A DNA stretch of 64,000 nt from Candidatus Altiarchaeota archaeon (GCA_028712125.1 JAQTQS010000001.1:3526-67525), one strand, 5' to 3'. Positions 16,465-25,240 are shown, counted from the stretch's first letter. A program made the numbers and translations. The notes: generated from the letters alone by a model not told the origin.

Positions 16465-17040
16465 TTAGCTTTTGGTTGAATCCGGGCTTGAACCGTGCTT
16501 TGTTTTTGATTCTAGGCTTGAATCGCCTTGAAAATATGAGGCGATTTTATCTTGAACCGTTCGCCTAGTAAAAGTCGCACCGTATTCTTGATAATGCTCT
16601 AAATTATCCCAGTTGGTGACAACAAAGAAGTAATCAGCATAATTCCCTAAGACAACCATCTTAGGCATAAGCTCTTTTTCGCTTTTTCGGGTGGCTTCGA
16701 CCTCCACAGCTATCCAGCGACCTTCATCCAAACCGAATGTAACGTCCGGTAATCTCGTAAGATTGTATTCTACCTTAGGAGTGTATTTCCGAATCTCGTC
16801 GTATATTATGTTCCAAAGGATGAAATGGGCGTCCGACTCGCCAGTCTCATTCCTTACCAGAAAAGCAGTCCCATTGCCTTGAGAAAACCCCGGATCCCGG
16901 ACTTCATGAAAACCCAGACTTTTAAGTATGTCAAGCCGGACCTTATTCAACTCACTCTTAACATGAATCTTCCGCTCTGTATTAAACCGCGTATGGTCTA
17001 TACCTGCTATCCTCGCCATAAATATAACACTAGACGACAA
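16465..17040 (-). CDS. hypothetical protein, possible PD-(D/E)xK nuclease fold
   Basis: DVTFGLDEGRWIAVEVEATRK gives a D...EVE..K spacing like restriction-endonuclease-like cores. This is a weak assignment. Confidence 0.3.
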   Translation of the reverse strand: MSSSVIFMARIAGIDHTRFNTERKIHVKSELNKVRLDILKSLGFHEVRDPGFSQGNGTAFLVRNETGESDAHFILWNIIYDEIRKYTPKVEYNLTRLPDVTFGLDEGRWIAVEVEATRKSEKELMPKMVVLGNYADYFFVVTNWDNLEHYQEYGATFTRRTVQDKIASYFQGDSSLESKTKHGSSPDSTKS

Positions 17041-17168
17041 ACGACTTGTCGATTAAGAGAAAGCAAATTGACATTATCCAAAAGTACAACTCAAAAAATA
17101 CAAACTAGCATCGTACGAAATACGATAATACGAAAAAGGCAAATTTAAGGCCGCATGTAACTTAACTA

Positions 17169-17747
17169 ATGGGAAATAATATGCAAATAGCATGTTTGGG
17201 TTGGGGCTCTCTAGTTTGGGATCCTAGGGAACTGCCCATAAGAGGGATATGGTTTGAAGACGGCCCCTTCTTACCGATTGAATATGCACGACAATCCAAA
17301 GACGGGAGAATCACTCTTGTTATTGTTGAGGGTAGAACCTTAGTTCGTTCTTTGTGGACACTCCTCAATTGCAACGATTTAACTGGAGCAAAAAAAGCAT
17401 TAGCAGATAGAGAAGGGATAAAAGAGGATGATATCCCTAAAGATATTGGCTTTTGGCCTAGTGATGATAAGAAAAGCGGTAAATGTACTGATTCCATACC
17501 TTTGTGGGCTAAATCTCACTCTCTTGATGCAGTTGTATGGACAAACTTACCCCCTAGATTTGATGGCATAAATGGCAAAATACCAACTGTAGACGAAATA
17601 CTAAATTACTTTAACAGTAGTCTAATGCCAATAGAAAAAAGACGTCTTGCGGAGGAGTATATTACGAAAACCCCGCCCCAAATAGATACAGAATATAGAA
17701 GGGAGATGATATTAAGATTAAACTGGATAACTCGGCGTACGTGTTAA
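17169..17747 (+). CDS. hypothetical protein, ChaC/gamma-glutamylcyclotransferase-like N-terminus
   Basis: IACLGWGSLVWDP resembles the ChaC/GGCT motif (FGYGSLMW). This is a weak assignment. Confidence 0.3.
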   Translation: MGNNMQIACLGWGSLVWDPRELPIRGIWFEDGPFLPIEYARQSKDGRITLVIVEGRTLVRSLWTLLNCNDLTGAKKALADREGIKEDDIPKDIGFWPSDDKKSGKCTDSIPLWAKSHSLDAVVWTNLPPRFDGINGKIPTVDEILNYFNSSLMPIEKRRLAEEYITKTPPQIDTEYRREMILRLNWITRRTC

Positions 17748-17841
17748 GTAAGGGATATCCACACTACAGAGCATTATGTGTATCAGATAAAACAAGGGAT
17801 AAACTGGTGTTAGTGAAGGAATTATTTATACCTACTCCATA

Positions 17842-19392
17842 TTGCTATTTAGGTGTGGTGTGGGTCTGAAAGAATTAGGGGCTTCGGGGAGTAACTCTGT
17901 GGATTCTGGTGTAGAGAGGCGTATCCCAAATTTTAAGCTTGTAACTGTTATCTTATTTTTGTTATTTTCATTAGCTGTTCTATTCGCTATTCTGTTGTCT
18001 TATTTTATTTCATCTGATCTTGGAGATGTGGTGTTGGTAGTGTTTATATCATTGTTTCTATTACTCGCCATACCCGGTAGTGCTATTATCATTATAAGTT
18101 ATATCATAAGAGAGATTGTAAGAGAGAGAAGATTTGAAAAAGAACGAAAAGCAAAAGGATTAGTTAATTTTTGGGGTAAGTGGGGAACTCCAAAAGAGGT
18201 TGAAGAGTGGCGAAGGCAAGAGCAAGATAAACAACAAAAACAAAAAGAAACAATGGGGCTTGACATTGACATCATAGACAATACTGACGATATTCCCTTG
18301 AGGATTGAAAAGGCTCATGAAATATTAGAAAAATATTCTTCTGAACAACCGTATATTAAAGGTTTTGCAGAGAAGTATTACGATAGGATAGAGCAGTATA
18401 TTGATGATATTGGACATAATAAGATATTCCATAAAAGATGGTACCTTGATAAAATTAAAAGTTATGATAAGCAGAAATCCAAGAAAAATAAATGGGATAA
18501 CTGGGAGAAGTCCTTGATTGCGTCTAATAAAAAGGAATATCTCAAGGCTATTGAATTATGTTCAAATCCGTTGGAGATTCTTTTTCATTCTAATCCCCTG
18601 CCTTTCTATGTTAATGAAGAAACAACATCGTATAACGAAAAAAAATCGTATGAAGACAATGAATCATACTATAATGCTGAGCATCTGCGAGGGGAATTAT
18701 TAAAGTTACATCTGCTGCTACAAAATAAAGGATTTGATATTAATTACCACGATTTAGGGTTACTACTGCATTTCCAATTTCTAAATGCAGGGGCGAAACA
18801 ACTGTGGGATAAATTGAAATCTTACAACCCCTCTACATTTGATGATTATATTGATGCGTTTTTGGAGTATTATGGTGAATCCTATCTGCGGAAGACTACT
18901 CCATTTATAGTACTGCTGAGTTCAAAAGGTCTACCGTGTGACGATGAAATAGTGATTCTTGCATTAATGAATAAACATGACGAAGACGACCTCAAACAAC
19001 TTGAAAAATCGTTACTTTCTCGAAATAAAACAGTAAATATGTCTGAAATTGATGCATTATCTGGACACGAATTTGAGAGATTTCTAGGGCGGTTATTTGA
19101 TAAAATGGGTTACAAGGTGACTATAACCCCTAAATCGGGTGATTATGGAGCGGATTTGATACTCGAAAAACACGGTGAAAAGACTGCAGTACAGGCTAAA
19201 AAATGGGGCGGCAACATAGGAATTGAAGCGATACAACAGGTTGTGACATCTAAGAAGTTTTATGATTGCGATAAGGCTATGGTTGTTGGAACTAGCATCT
19301 ACTCAAAAAATGCCGAAGAATTGGCTTTTAGGAATAAGATAGAACTTGTTGACAGGGACAAACTACAGCGATTGATAGAGAAATACATGTAA
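17842..19392 (+). CDS. membrane-anchored protein with a C-terminal Mrr-type restriction endonuclease catalytic domain (Mrr_cat)
   Basis: There are two N-terminal TM helices. The C-terminal ~130 aa read HEFERFLGRLFDKMGYKVTITPKSGDYGADLILEKHGEKTAVQAKKW, which matches Mrr_cat on the D and QxK motifs. The middle ~300 aa are Lys/Asp-rich with no assignment. Confidence 0.6.
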   Translation: MLFRCGVGLKELGASGSNSVDSGVERRIPNFKLVTVILFLLFSLAVLFAILLSYFISSDLGDVVLVVFISLFLLLAIPGSAIIIISYIIREIVRERRFEKERKAKGLVNFWGKWGTPKEVEEWRRQEQDKQQKQKETMGLDIDIIDNTDDIPLRIEKAHEILEKYSSEQPYIKGFAEKYYDRIEQYIDDIGHNKIFHKRWYLDKIKSYDKQKSKKNKWDNWEKSLIASNKKEYLKAIELCSNPLEILFHSNPLPFYVNEETTSYNEKKSYEDNESYYNAEHLRGELLKLHLLLQNKGFDINYHDLGLLLHFQFLNAGAKQLWDKLKSYNPSTFDDYIDAFLEYYGESYLRKTTPFIVLLSSKGLPCDDEIVILALMNKHDEDDLKQLEKSLLSRNKTVNMSEIDALSGHEFERFLGRLFDKMGYKVTITPKSGDYGADLILEKHGEKTAVQAKKWGGNIGIEAIQQVVTSKKFYDCDKAMVVGTSIYSKNAEELAFRNKIELVDRDKLQRLIEKYM

Positions 19393-19460
19393 CTGTATAT
19401 AGAACCGTTATAGAGTAGTTGGTTTTGTTGTCCTTGTCGTTTTTATAGTCGTGTGTCCAC

Positions 19461-19913
19461 GTGTGTACGTGGAAGATGAGCAAGAATGCGCCTAGCAACC
19501 GGGTTAATGAGCTTCGTATTGAGAAGTTGTTCTTACGCAGGGGCTTGGTTGAGAAATTTGAGTCCAAACGGCTTCTGGGGCTTGAGGATTTTGTTTCCTT
19601 CATCTGGCACAACCACCCTAATTACGTTTCTGAGATTACCTTGGAGTTCTTGAAAGAGCTTATTGTATACCGTCGGGAGGGCAAACCCTATACCCAGGAT
19701 GATTGGGTTAGGTTTTGCGGTAGGATGAGTAGTAGCAAGAGCAGCAGGGACATTGTCTTTCGTAAGCTCCTGTATCTTGGCTTGATTGAGAAGCATAATA
19801 AGACTCTCATGCGGTATGAGGTTAGGTTAAGCGACAAGTGGATTAACTACCTAGATTATATGGCTCAGAGCTGGATAGCGATTTGCGAGAATGAACCGAA
19901 GGTCAAACGATAG
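19461..19913 (+). CDS. uncharacterised winged-helix-like family protein (paralogue 1 of 4)
   Basis: It carries the family motifs: an N-terminal W..(D/E)F(I/V)..(I/F)..P block and a C-terminal (K/R)LLYLGLIEKHNKT block, shared with 19891, 20264 and 41409. Confidence 0.45.
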   Translation: MCTWKMSKNAPSNRVNELRIEKLFLRRGLVEKFESKRLLGLEDFVSFIWHNHPNYVSEITLEFLKELIVYRREGKPYTQDDWVRFCGRMSSSKSSRDIVFRKLLYLGLIEKHNKTLMRYEVRLSDKWINYLDYMAQSWIAICENEPKVKR

Positions 19914-20301
19914 CGTATTCATGAAGGATGAGGTCTTTAGGAGGGCTGACGAGAAGCAGCAGATTAGGCTCTGGGAGTTCATGCAACTGTTCTTCCCGGA
20001 AGAAACTAACAAGAAGCAGTTCGAATGCGCATTCACGTTCATGAAAACGCTCTTGGAAGCCAAAAGCGTTGAAAGCACCGGATTAAGGGATATTGTCGAG
20101 TCGGACTATGTGAACCTTACGACTATCGTACTGCCGAAGCTGGAGAAATTCGGCTTAATCAGGGTTACCGGCGAGCGGGGCAAGGGCAAAACCTATAAAA
20201 TAGAGCTGGACAAAATCTTTTCAGACCGGATACGATACATGGGCTTGGAATGGTTCAGAATTTATGCTAAATACGGTGATGTCTATGGTGGGCAATCATG
20301 A
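19891..20301 (+). CDS. uncharacterised winged-helix-like family protein (paralogue 2 of 4)
   Basis: IVLPKLEKFGLIRVTGERGKGKTYKIEL matches the family. It overlaps the preceding gene by 23 bp. Confidence 0.45.
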   Translation: MNRRSNDSVFMKDEVFRRADEKQQIRLWEFMQLFFPEETNKKQFECAFTFMKTLLEAKSVESTGLRDIVESDYVNLTTIVLPKLEKFGLIRVTGERGKGKTYKIELDKIFSDRIRYMGLEWFRIYAKYGDVYGGQS

Positions 20302-20851
20302 GGGCAAGGGCATACCCTCAAGGCATGCCCTATATTTCCCGGAAAAAGGAGGACGCAAGTATGGAACCAAAATATGGGACTACTCCTACCGCTGGAACAT
20401 TGACGACTTACTGGGGTTCGTGTTCCCTGGTGAATTCAGCCCAGTATGCCATAAAATAGCAGTAGACTACCTGGAATACCTGGTTGAAAAAGGCGAAGTA
20501 ACCTACCAAGACAAAGTCGAATTCTGCAACCAACACAATTACAGCATAAACACGCTCAACAAACACATAATACCCAAACTATACCGATTCGGACTGATTC
20601 ACAGGACCAGGGAATTCCCTAAAACCACAGCTTGGAATATCAAAAGCAAAAGACGAAGCTATGAACACGAAAGCCAGCAATTCAGCTCATTCCTAAGGAA
20701 AATAGCAGACGAATGGGAAGCCATACTCAACACCGGAAGACTTAAAAGAAAACACGAAAACCAAAAACAAAAAGAAACACAAAAAGAAATCGAAAAACAA
20801 GAAAAACAGGACTGGGAACGATGGGAAAAGGAACGGGCTTTAGGATGTTAA
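20264..20851 (+). CDS. uncharacterised winged-helix-like family protein (paralogue 3 of 4) with a Lys/Glu-rich C-terminal tail
   Basis: WNIDDLLGFVFPGEFSPVCHKIAVDYL...NKHIIPKLYRFGLIHRTREF aligns along most of its length with the 41409 ORF. Confidence 0.5.
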   Translation: MLNTVMSMVGNHEGKGIPSRHALYFPEKGGRKYGTKIWDYSYRWNIDDLLGFVFPGEFSPVCHKIAVDYLEYLVEKGEVTYQDKVEFCNQHNYSINTLNKHIIPKLYRFGLIHRTREFPKTTAWNIKSKRRSYEHESQQFSSFLRKIADEWEAILNTGRLKRKHENQKQKETQKEIEKQEKQDWERWEKERALGC

Positions 20852-20891
20852 TATTAGATTACCACGCTTCTGAATATACCCAACGTGTTTT

Positions 20892-21146
20892 TTATTCTTC
20901 TGAACGTAATACGCCGGTTTCTCCTAAAAACTTTTTATCCGAATCATCTAAAGGCTTTTTCTTCAGCAATTTTTTAATAATTCCCTTCAACTCCACATTC
21001 TCCTGTTCTAAACTGCGACTGTGACTTAAAGCTTCTTCAGTTTTCTTTTTTTGCTGAATATACCCCCAAGGTGTCCCATCCATAAAATATTTATTATATC
21101 CATGACATATAAGCTTAAACGACAAAAATCGAGCTTCCACAAACAC
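20892..21146 (-). CDS. hypothetical small protein with coiled-coil character
   Basis: The ORF lies at the right edge of the island and has a Lys/Glu-rich heptad-like stretch. Confidence 0.3.
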   Translation of the reverse strand: MFVEARFLSFKLICHGYNKYFMDGTPWGYIQQKKKTEEALSHSRSLEQENVELKGIIKKLLKKKPLDDSDKKFLGETGVLRSEE

Positions 21147-21338
21147 CTTGCTTGATTCTTCCCTGAAAAGAAGTAGATTAAAACACCTTGCTTGATAGTC
21201 CGATAGGAGAAAAAGTAGTCTTGACGTTGAACCTAGCCGTGGTGGACGTCCGGTACGCCACTGGCGCTGTGGTATTGTGTGTTTTTTTGGGTGTCTTAGT
21301 ATATGAAACAGACGAATAAATATACTATTGCAGCAGGG

Positions 21339-21785
21339 TTATTTCTTTAGCATTTCTTCGAGTATTTCGGCTGCGTCTTTGACGTATTTAGGGCATTTGG
21401 TGGTTATGGCGTTTGTTTCGCTTGCTTTTTTAAAGCCTTCTGGCGTGCTTAGGTCGCAGCCGAGGAGGTCTTTGCAGTATAGCGAGCCGTTCCGGGCTTT
21501 GAATTCTTCGCTGAATTTTTTGACTGCATCGTATGTGTTTTCTTTCCTTTGCATGCCCGGCTCGTTTCCCAATGTGTGTTTAAGGCTTAGTACCATGAAT
21601 GCGCCGGTTACCGCGCCGCAAGTCAAGCCCATCCGGCCCATGCCGGCGCCGAAGGCGAGCGCAAGCCTGAGGGCTTCAGCCCGGCCAAGACCGTATTTCG
21701 GGCTGTATGTCGAGAGTATCGCCTGCGCGCAGTTCATGGCCGTTCCTTCCTTGAACGCGGTGACCGCGTCTTCGGGGGTTGTCAT
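21339..21785 (-). CDS. C_GCAxxG_C_C family protein (putative redox-active)
   Basis: MNCAQAIL...GAFGAGMG...TCGAVTGA...CPKYVKDAAEILE matches the C_GCAxxG_C_C pattern. GC-rich sequence resumes here. Confidence 0.55.
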   Translation of the reverse strand: MTTPEDAVTAFKEGTAMNCAQAILSTYSPKYGLGRAEALRLALAFGAGMGRMGLTCGAVTGAFMVLSLKHTLGNEPGMQRKENTYDAVKKFSEEFKARNGSLYCKDLLGCDLSTPEGFKKASETNAITTKCPKYVKDAAEILEEMLKK

Positions 21786-21845
21786 GGTCGTTTAATACTA
21801 GGCGTGCAGCTAATAACTTGGCTGGTACATATCCTTATTTTTATA

Positions 21846-22904
21846 TCAGTTGACTTCCAGGTAGTGGGTGTCGGATTTAGCACTTTCGATACAGGCGTCC
21901 ACCATCATTTGTCCGGATTGCACCTTGTTTATCATATCGCATATCCCGGGTTTGTGGAGGGCGAGAGCGAATGTCTTATAGCAACGATCTCTGTCGAATA
22001 TGTCTTTTAGGGCGTCGCATGTTGTAGGGTCGTTTTTGGATATGCCCACTTCCCTGCTGCAGAGTTCTTTGTAATCCTTGCTTATGTTACTGCAGTATTT
22101 TTCGTCTGCCGTAACTGCGGCTAAGCAGATTGCGGTATAGGGCTGTATACGCTGGCCGCGTTCCGTTACGTTCTCGCTTATAAGGTCGCACAGTTGGATG
22201 TCTTTCTTTGTCCTCGCTGCGGACATTATGCAGAGGTTTTGGTCGTCTTCATAGTAGAGGGACTTGCATATTGTTATGTTCATCGTCTTTAGCGCGATTG
22301 CCTTATAGCATCTCCTCTCGGTCCATTCGTAACCCGGCTCTCCTTCGGTGACAATTTCACAGAGGTTCAAGTCTTTGCGGGTTTTGCCGTTTTCCCTAAA
22401 GCATTCCTCCTGCGAGCCGTAGGTATGGCCGTCATAGACGTATCTGCCGTCATCCGGCGTACTGCGTTGGCAGATTATGCTGGAATTGAACGTCGTGTGA
22501 CATAATTTTAGGCTGTCTGTGGCGTTCATGTAGTTGTAACACATGCATTTATGGCTTATGTCTTTTATCCTGTCGCATTTAACCTGGAGGGTGCCGCCTT
22601 TAGGCTGCATCGCCTTCAAGCATTCCCTTTCCAGGTATTCCGAGAATATCTGGCAAAAGAAAGGGTCTTCTTTTTCGAGGACGTCTAAGTACTCTTGAGG
22701 GTGACGCATCGCCGGATGCCCGATTCCAAAACCGTAATATGTGGTTATCCCTTTGCATTCATCGATATTCTCGGCATTCAGGCAGTCAACCGAAGGGCGC
22801 GCGTAATGCTTGGGCATTATTTCAGAGCACAGGCAGCCAGAAAGGCATATGACGTAAACAAAGAGGAGGGGCAGTCTACAGAGTTTTCGAGTCATAATTA
22901 ACAT
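21846..22904 (-). CDS. secreted/lipoprotein-like cysteine-rich repeat protein, hypothetical
   Basis: The signal peptide is followed by the Cys cluster CLSGCLC. There are about 30 Cys with recurring ...K(D)xxLC(D/E)(I/L)... modules (KDLNLCEIV, KKDIQLCDLI, DQNLCIMSA, PGICDMI). Confidence 0.5.
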   Translation of the reverse strand: MLIMTRKLCRLPLLFVYVICLSGCLCSEIMPKHYARPSVDCLNAENIDECKGITTYYGFGIGHPAMRHPQEYLDVLEKEDPFFCQIFSEYLERECLKAMQPKGGTLQVKCDRIKDISHKCMCYNYMNATDSLKLCHTTFNSSIICQRSTPDDGRYVYDGHTYGSQEECFRENGKTRKDLNLCEIVTEGEPGYEWTERRCYKAIALKTMNITICKSLYYEDDQNLCIMSAARTKKDIQLCDLISENVTERGQRIQPYTAICLAAVTADEKYCSNISKDYKELCSREVGISKNDPTTCDALKDIFDRDRCYKTFALALHKPGICDMINKVQSGQMMVDACIESAKSDTHYLEVN

Positions 22905-22928
22905 TTATTTTTAATCATTAAATCCTCC

Positions 22929-23480
22929 TCAAGACCATTTCAGTATCTCTGGTTTGTTTCTTTTCCCACCCGCCAGCTTGCCTTTTGGGTGGCCGAGTAT
23001 TATCGGTACTTGTAGTTCGTATCCGTCTGGTATGCCGATTTTTTTGAGGATTTCTGGTTTGCTGTTGAGGTATGCTATGAATCCCATGTAGCATGTTCCG
23101 AGGCCGATTTCGTATGCTTTTAGGAACATATTTTGTGCGGCCAGCACGCTGTCGAGGAGGTTGACTTGGCCTGTTCTTTTGTCGGTTTGCGTGCAGATGA
23201 GTATTAGTACGGGTGCGTTGTAGCAGATGATGTCTTCTTCTGTTTCGAATCGTTTTGCAAAATCCGGCATCATCTCGCGCAGTAGTTTTTTAGTCTCGTC
23301 TGAGACGTATTTGATAAGGTTTTTGTCTTCTATTATGACGAACCGCCAGGGCTGGCGGCCCATTCCTGTGGGCGCCCAGACGCCGGCTTCGAGGACTGCT
23401 TCAATCTGCTCCTTCGAAACTTTCTCGCCGGTGTACGCCCGCACGCTCCTTCGTCCTTTGATGCATTCGTCGAGTTCCAT
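22929..23480 (-). CDS. nitroreductase-family NAD(P)H:FMN oxidoreductase
   Basis: CIKGRRSVRAYTGEKVSKEQIEAVLEAGVWAPTGMGRQPWRFVII is a nitroreductase N-terminus. Confidence 0.7.
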   Translation of the reverse strand: MELDECIKGRRSVRAYTGEKVSKEQIEAVLEAGVWAPTGMGRQPWRFVIIEDKNLIKYVSDETKKLLREMMPDFAKRFETEEDIICYNAPVLILICTQTDKRTGQVNLLDSVLAAQNMFLKAYEIGLGTCYMGFIAYLNSKPEILKKIGIPDGYELQVPIILGHPKGKLAGGKRNKPEILKWS

Positions 23481-23486
23481 GGTTTT

Positions 23487-24245
23487 TCAGACTTTGATGT
23501 TCTTGAACAGGTGTTGTCCGAGTATTATGGTGAGGAGCATGAAGCTTGTGAGGAATATGAAGCTTGTGACCGGGCTTATGTCGGATACGCCCAGCAGGCC
23601 GTAGCGTATTCCTTCGACTCCGTATGTCATGGGGTCGAGGTATATGAGGGGCCTTATGGCGGCGGGCACGTTTTCTATCGGGAAGAGGGCGCCTGAGAGG
23701 CCGAATATGGGGAAGATTACGAAGTTCATTATGAGCTGGAAGCCGTGCATGTCGTCCATCTTGGAGGCCATTGCTATTCCGAGGGCTGTGAAGGATATGC
23801 CGACGAGCACCATGAATACTAGCGCGATAAAGAATCCGGTTAGGGTGAATGAGAGGCCGCCTCCGAGGAGGAATGCGATGAGGAGGGTTAACAGGCCTTG
23901 CAGGAGCGATGTCGTGGCGCCGCCGAGGGTTTGTCCTATCATTATCTCAACGCGTGAGACGGGGGCGACTAGCGTCTCCTTGAGGAAGCCGAACTGCTTG
24001 TCCCATATCACCTGTATGCCTGCGAACATGGAGACGAAGAGGACGCTCATGGCGACTATTCCCGGCGATACGAACCCGAAGTAGCCCTTGTCGACGCCGG
24101 CCATCTGTATGCTCGGGTTTAGGCCGAATCCGAGGAGCAGGAGGAAGAATAACGGCATGCCGAGGCTTCCCACTATCCTGCTTTTAGAGCGCAGGTAGCG
24201 CTTGACCCACCTCAGCCAGATTATGTAGATTCCTCTGCCCCTCAT
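23487..24245 (-). CDS. ABC-2 type transporter permease
   Basis: It has six predicted TM helices and the ABC-2 pattern. Its start overlaps the ATPase gene stop. Confidence 0.7.
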   Translation of the reverse strand: MRGRGIYIIWLRWVKRYLRSKSRIVGSLGMPLFFLLLLGFGLNPSIQMAGVDKGYFGFVSPGIVAMSVLFVSMFAGIQVIWDKQFGFLKETLVAPVSRVEIMIGQTLGGATTSLLQGLLTLLIAFLLGGGLSFTLTGFFIALVFMVLVGISFTALGIAMASKMDDMHGFQLIMNFVIFPIFGLSGALFPIENVPAAIRPLIYLDPMTYGVEGIRYGLLGVSDISPVTSFIFLTSFMLLTIILGQHLFKNIKV

Positions 24246-24247
24246 TT

Positions 24248-25240
24248 TTATCTCCTTGTGAACATCCTGTGGCGCATGCGCATCGCCTCGTTAGTGTCTG
24301 CCTCGCGCTCGCGTATAGTCTTGCCCGTGTAGTAGAGGAAGACGTCTTCCAGCGTCGGGTTGTGTATCTTGAGCGACGTTATGCTTATCTTGTTTTCGTG
24401 CAGGAGGTTCATCAGCTCGATGACGTTCCTGTTCGCCTCGCTTACGTTCAATGTGATTACGCCGTCATGCTCCTTTGCCGAGGAAAGCCATGGCATCTTT
24501 TCGATGACTGGCATCAGCCTCCCGCCGTCCGGCGACTCCAATGTTATCACGTCGCCGCCGATGGTCTCCTTCAGCTCGTCGGAAGTGCCAAGCGCGATAA
24601 TCCGGCCGTGGTCTATGATAGCCACCCGGTTGCACAATCTATCGGCCTCCTCCATGTAATGCGTCGTAAGGATGATGGTTGTGTGTTTTTCTTTGTTGAG
24701 CTGCCGGATGTAATCCCAGATGTGGTTTCGCGTCTGCGGGTCGAGCCCCAACGTAGGCTCGTCAAGGAACAACACCTTAGGCTCGTGAAGCAGTCCCCGG
24801 GCTATCTCAAGGCGCCTTTTCATGCCGCCCGAGAACGTCTTGACGAAATGGCCCTGCCGGTCGTCCAATTCGACCAGTTTTAGAAGTTCCGGTATCTTCT
24901 TTTTCCTGACCTCGCGGGGGACGTTGTAAAGCCACCCGTGGAAGTCCATGTTCTCATAGGCCGTCAGCTCTTCGTCAAGGCTGGGGTCCTGGAAGACGAT
25001 TCCTATGGACTTTCGGACGTTATCCCTGTCGGTCTTGATGTCATAGCCGTTGACGGTCGCACCGCCGGAAGACGGCTCAAGAAGCGTGGAAAGCATGGAA
25101 AGCGTCGTCGTCTTGCCCGCGCCGTTCGGGCCCAGAAAGCCGAAAATCTCGCCCTCCTCAACGCTGAAGCTGATGCCGTCCACGGCCGCAAGGCCGTTGA
25201 AACGCTTTGACAGGTTGTGGATGGAGACTACTTCAGGCAT
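24248..25240 (-). CDS. ABC transporter ATP-binding protein (DrrA-like)
   Basis: Walker A is GPNGAGKTT, the signature is LSGGMKRRL, and Walker B is LFLDEPT. Confidence 0.85.
   Translation of the reverse strand: MPEVVSIHNLSKRFNGLAAVDGISFSVEEGEIFGFLGPNGAGKTTTLSMLSTLLEPSSGGATVNGYDIKTDRDNVRKSIGIVFQDPSLDEELTAYENMDFHGWLYNVPREVRKKKIPELLKLVELDDRQGHFVKTFSGGMKRRLEIARGLLHEPKVLFLDEPTLGLDPQTRNHIWDYIRQLNKEKHTTIILTTHYMEEADRLCNRVAIIDHGRIIALGTSDELKETIGGDVITLESPDGGRLMPVIEKMPWLSSAKEHDGVITLNVSEANRNVIELMNLLHENKISITSLKIHNPTLEDVFLYYTGKTIREREADTNEAMRMRHRMFTRR

Larger units (their letters stand above)
15588..21161. mobile_element. ~5.6-kb low-GC genomic island, a putative integrated element or remnant, bounded by 22-23-bp direct repeats next to tRNA-Leu
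   Basis: GC content falls sharply from about 15430 to 21300. caaacaccctgcttgattctcc at 15588-15609 and caaacaccttgcttgattcttcc at 21139-21161 are direct repeats. Further copies or variants of the aaCACCyTGCTTGAT core lie at 15560-15579 (palindromic) and 21181-21201. No integrase is recognisable. Confidence 0.4.

Noticed and set aside
15588-21161. Calling the island an intact provirus or integrative plasmid
   Set aside because: No integrase, replication initiator of known type, or capsid or packaging gene is recognisable in the ~5.6 kb. Only boundary repeats and compositional evidence support mobility, so it is reported as a putative element or remnant.
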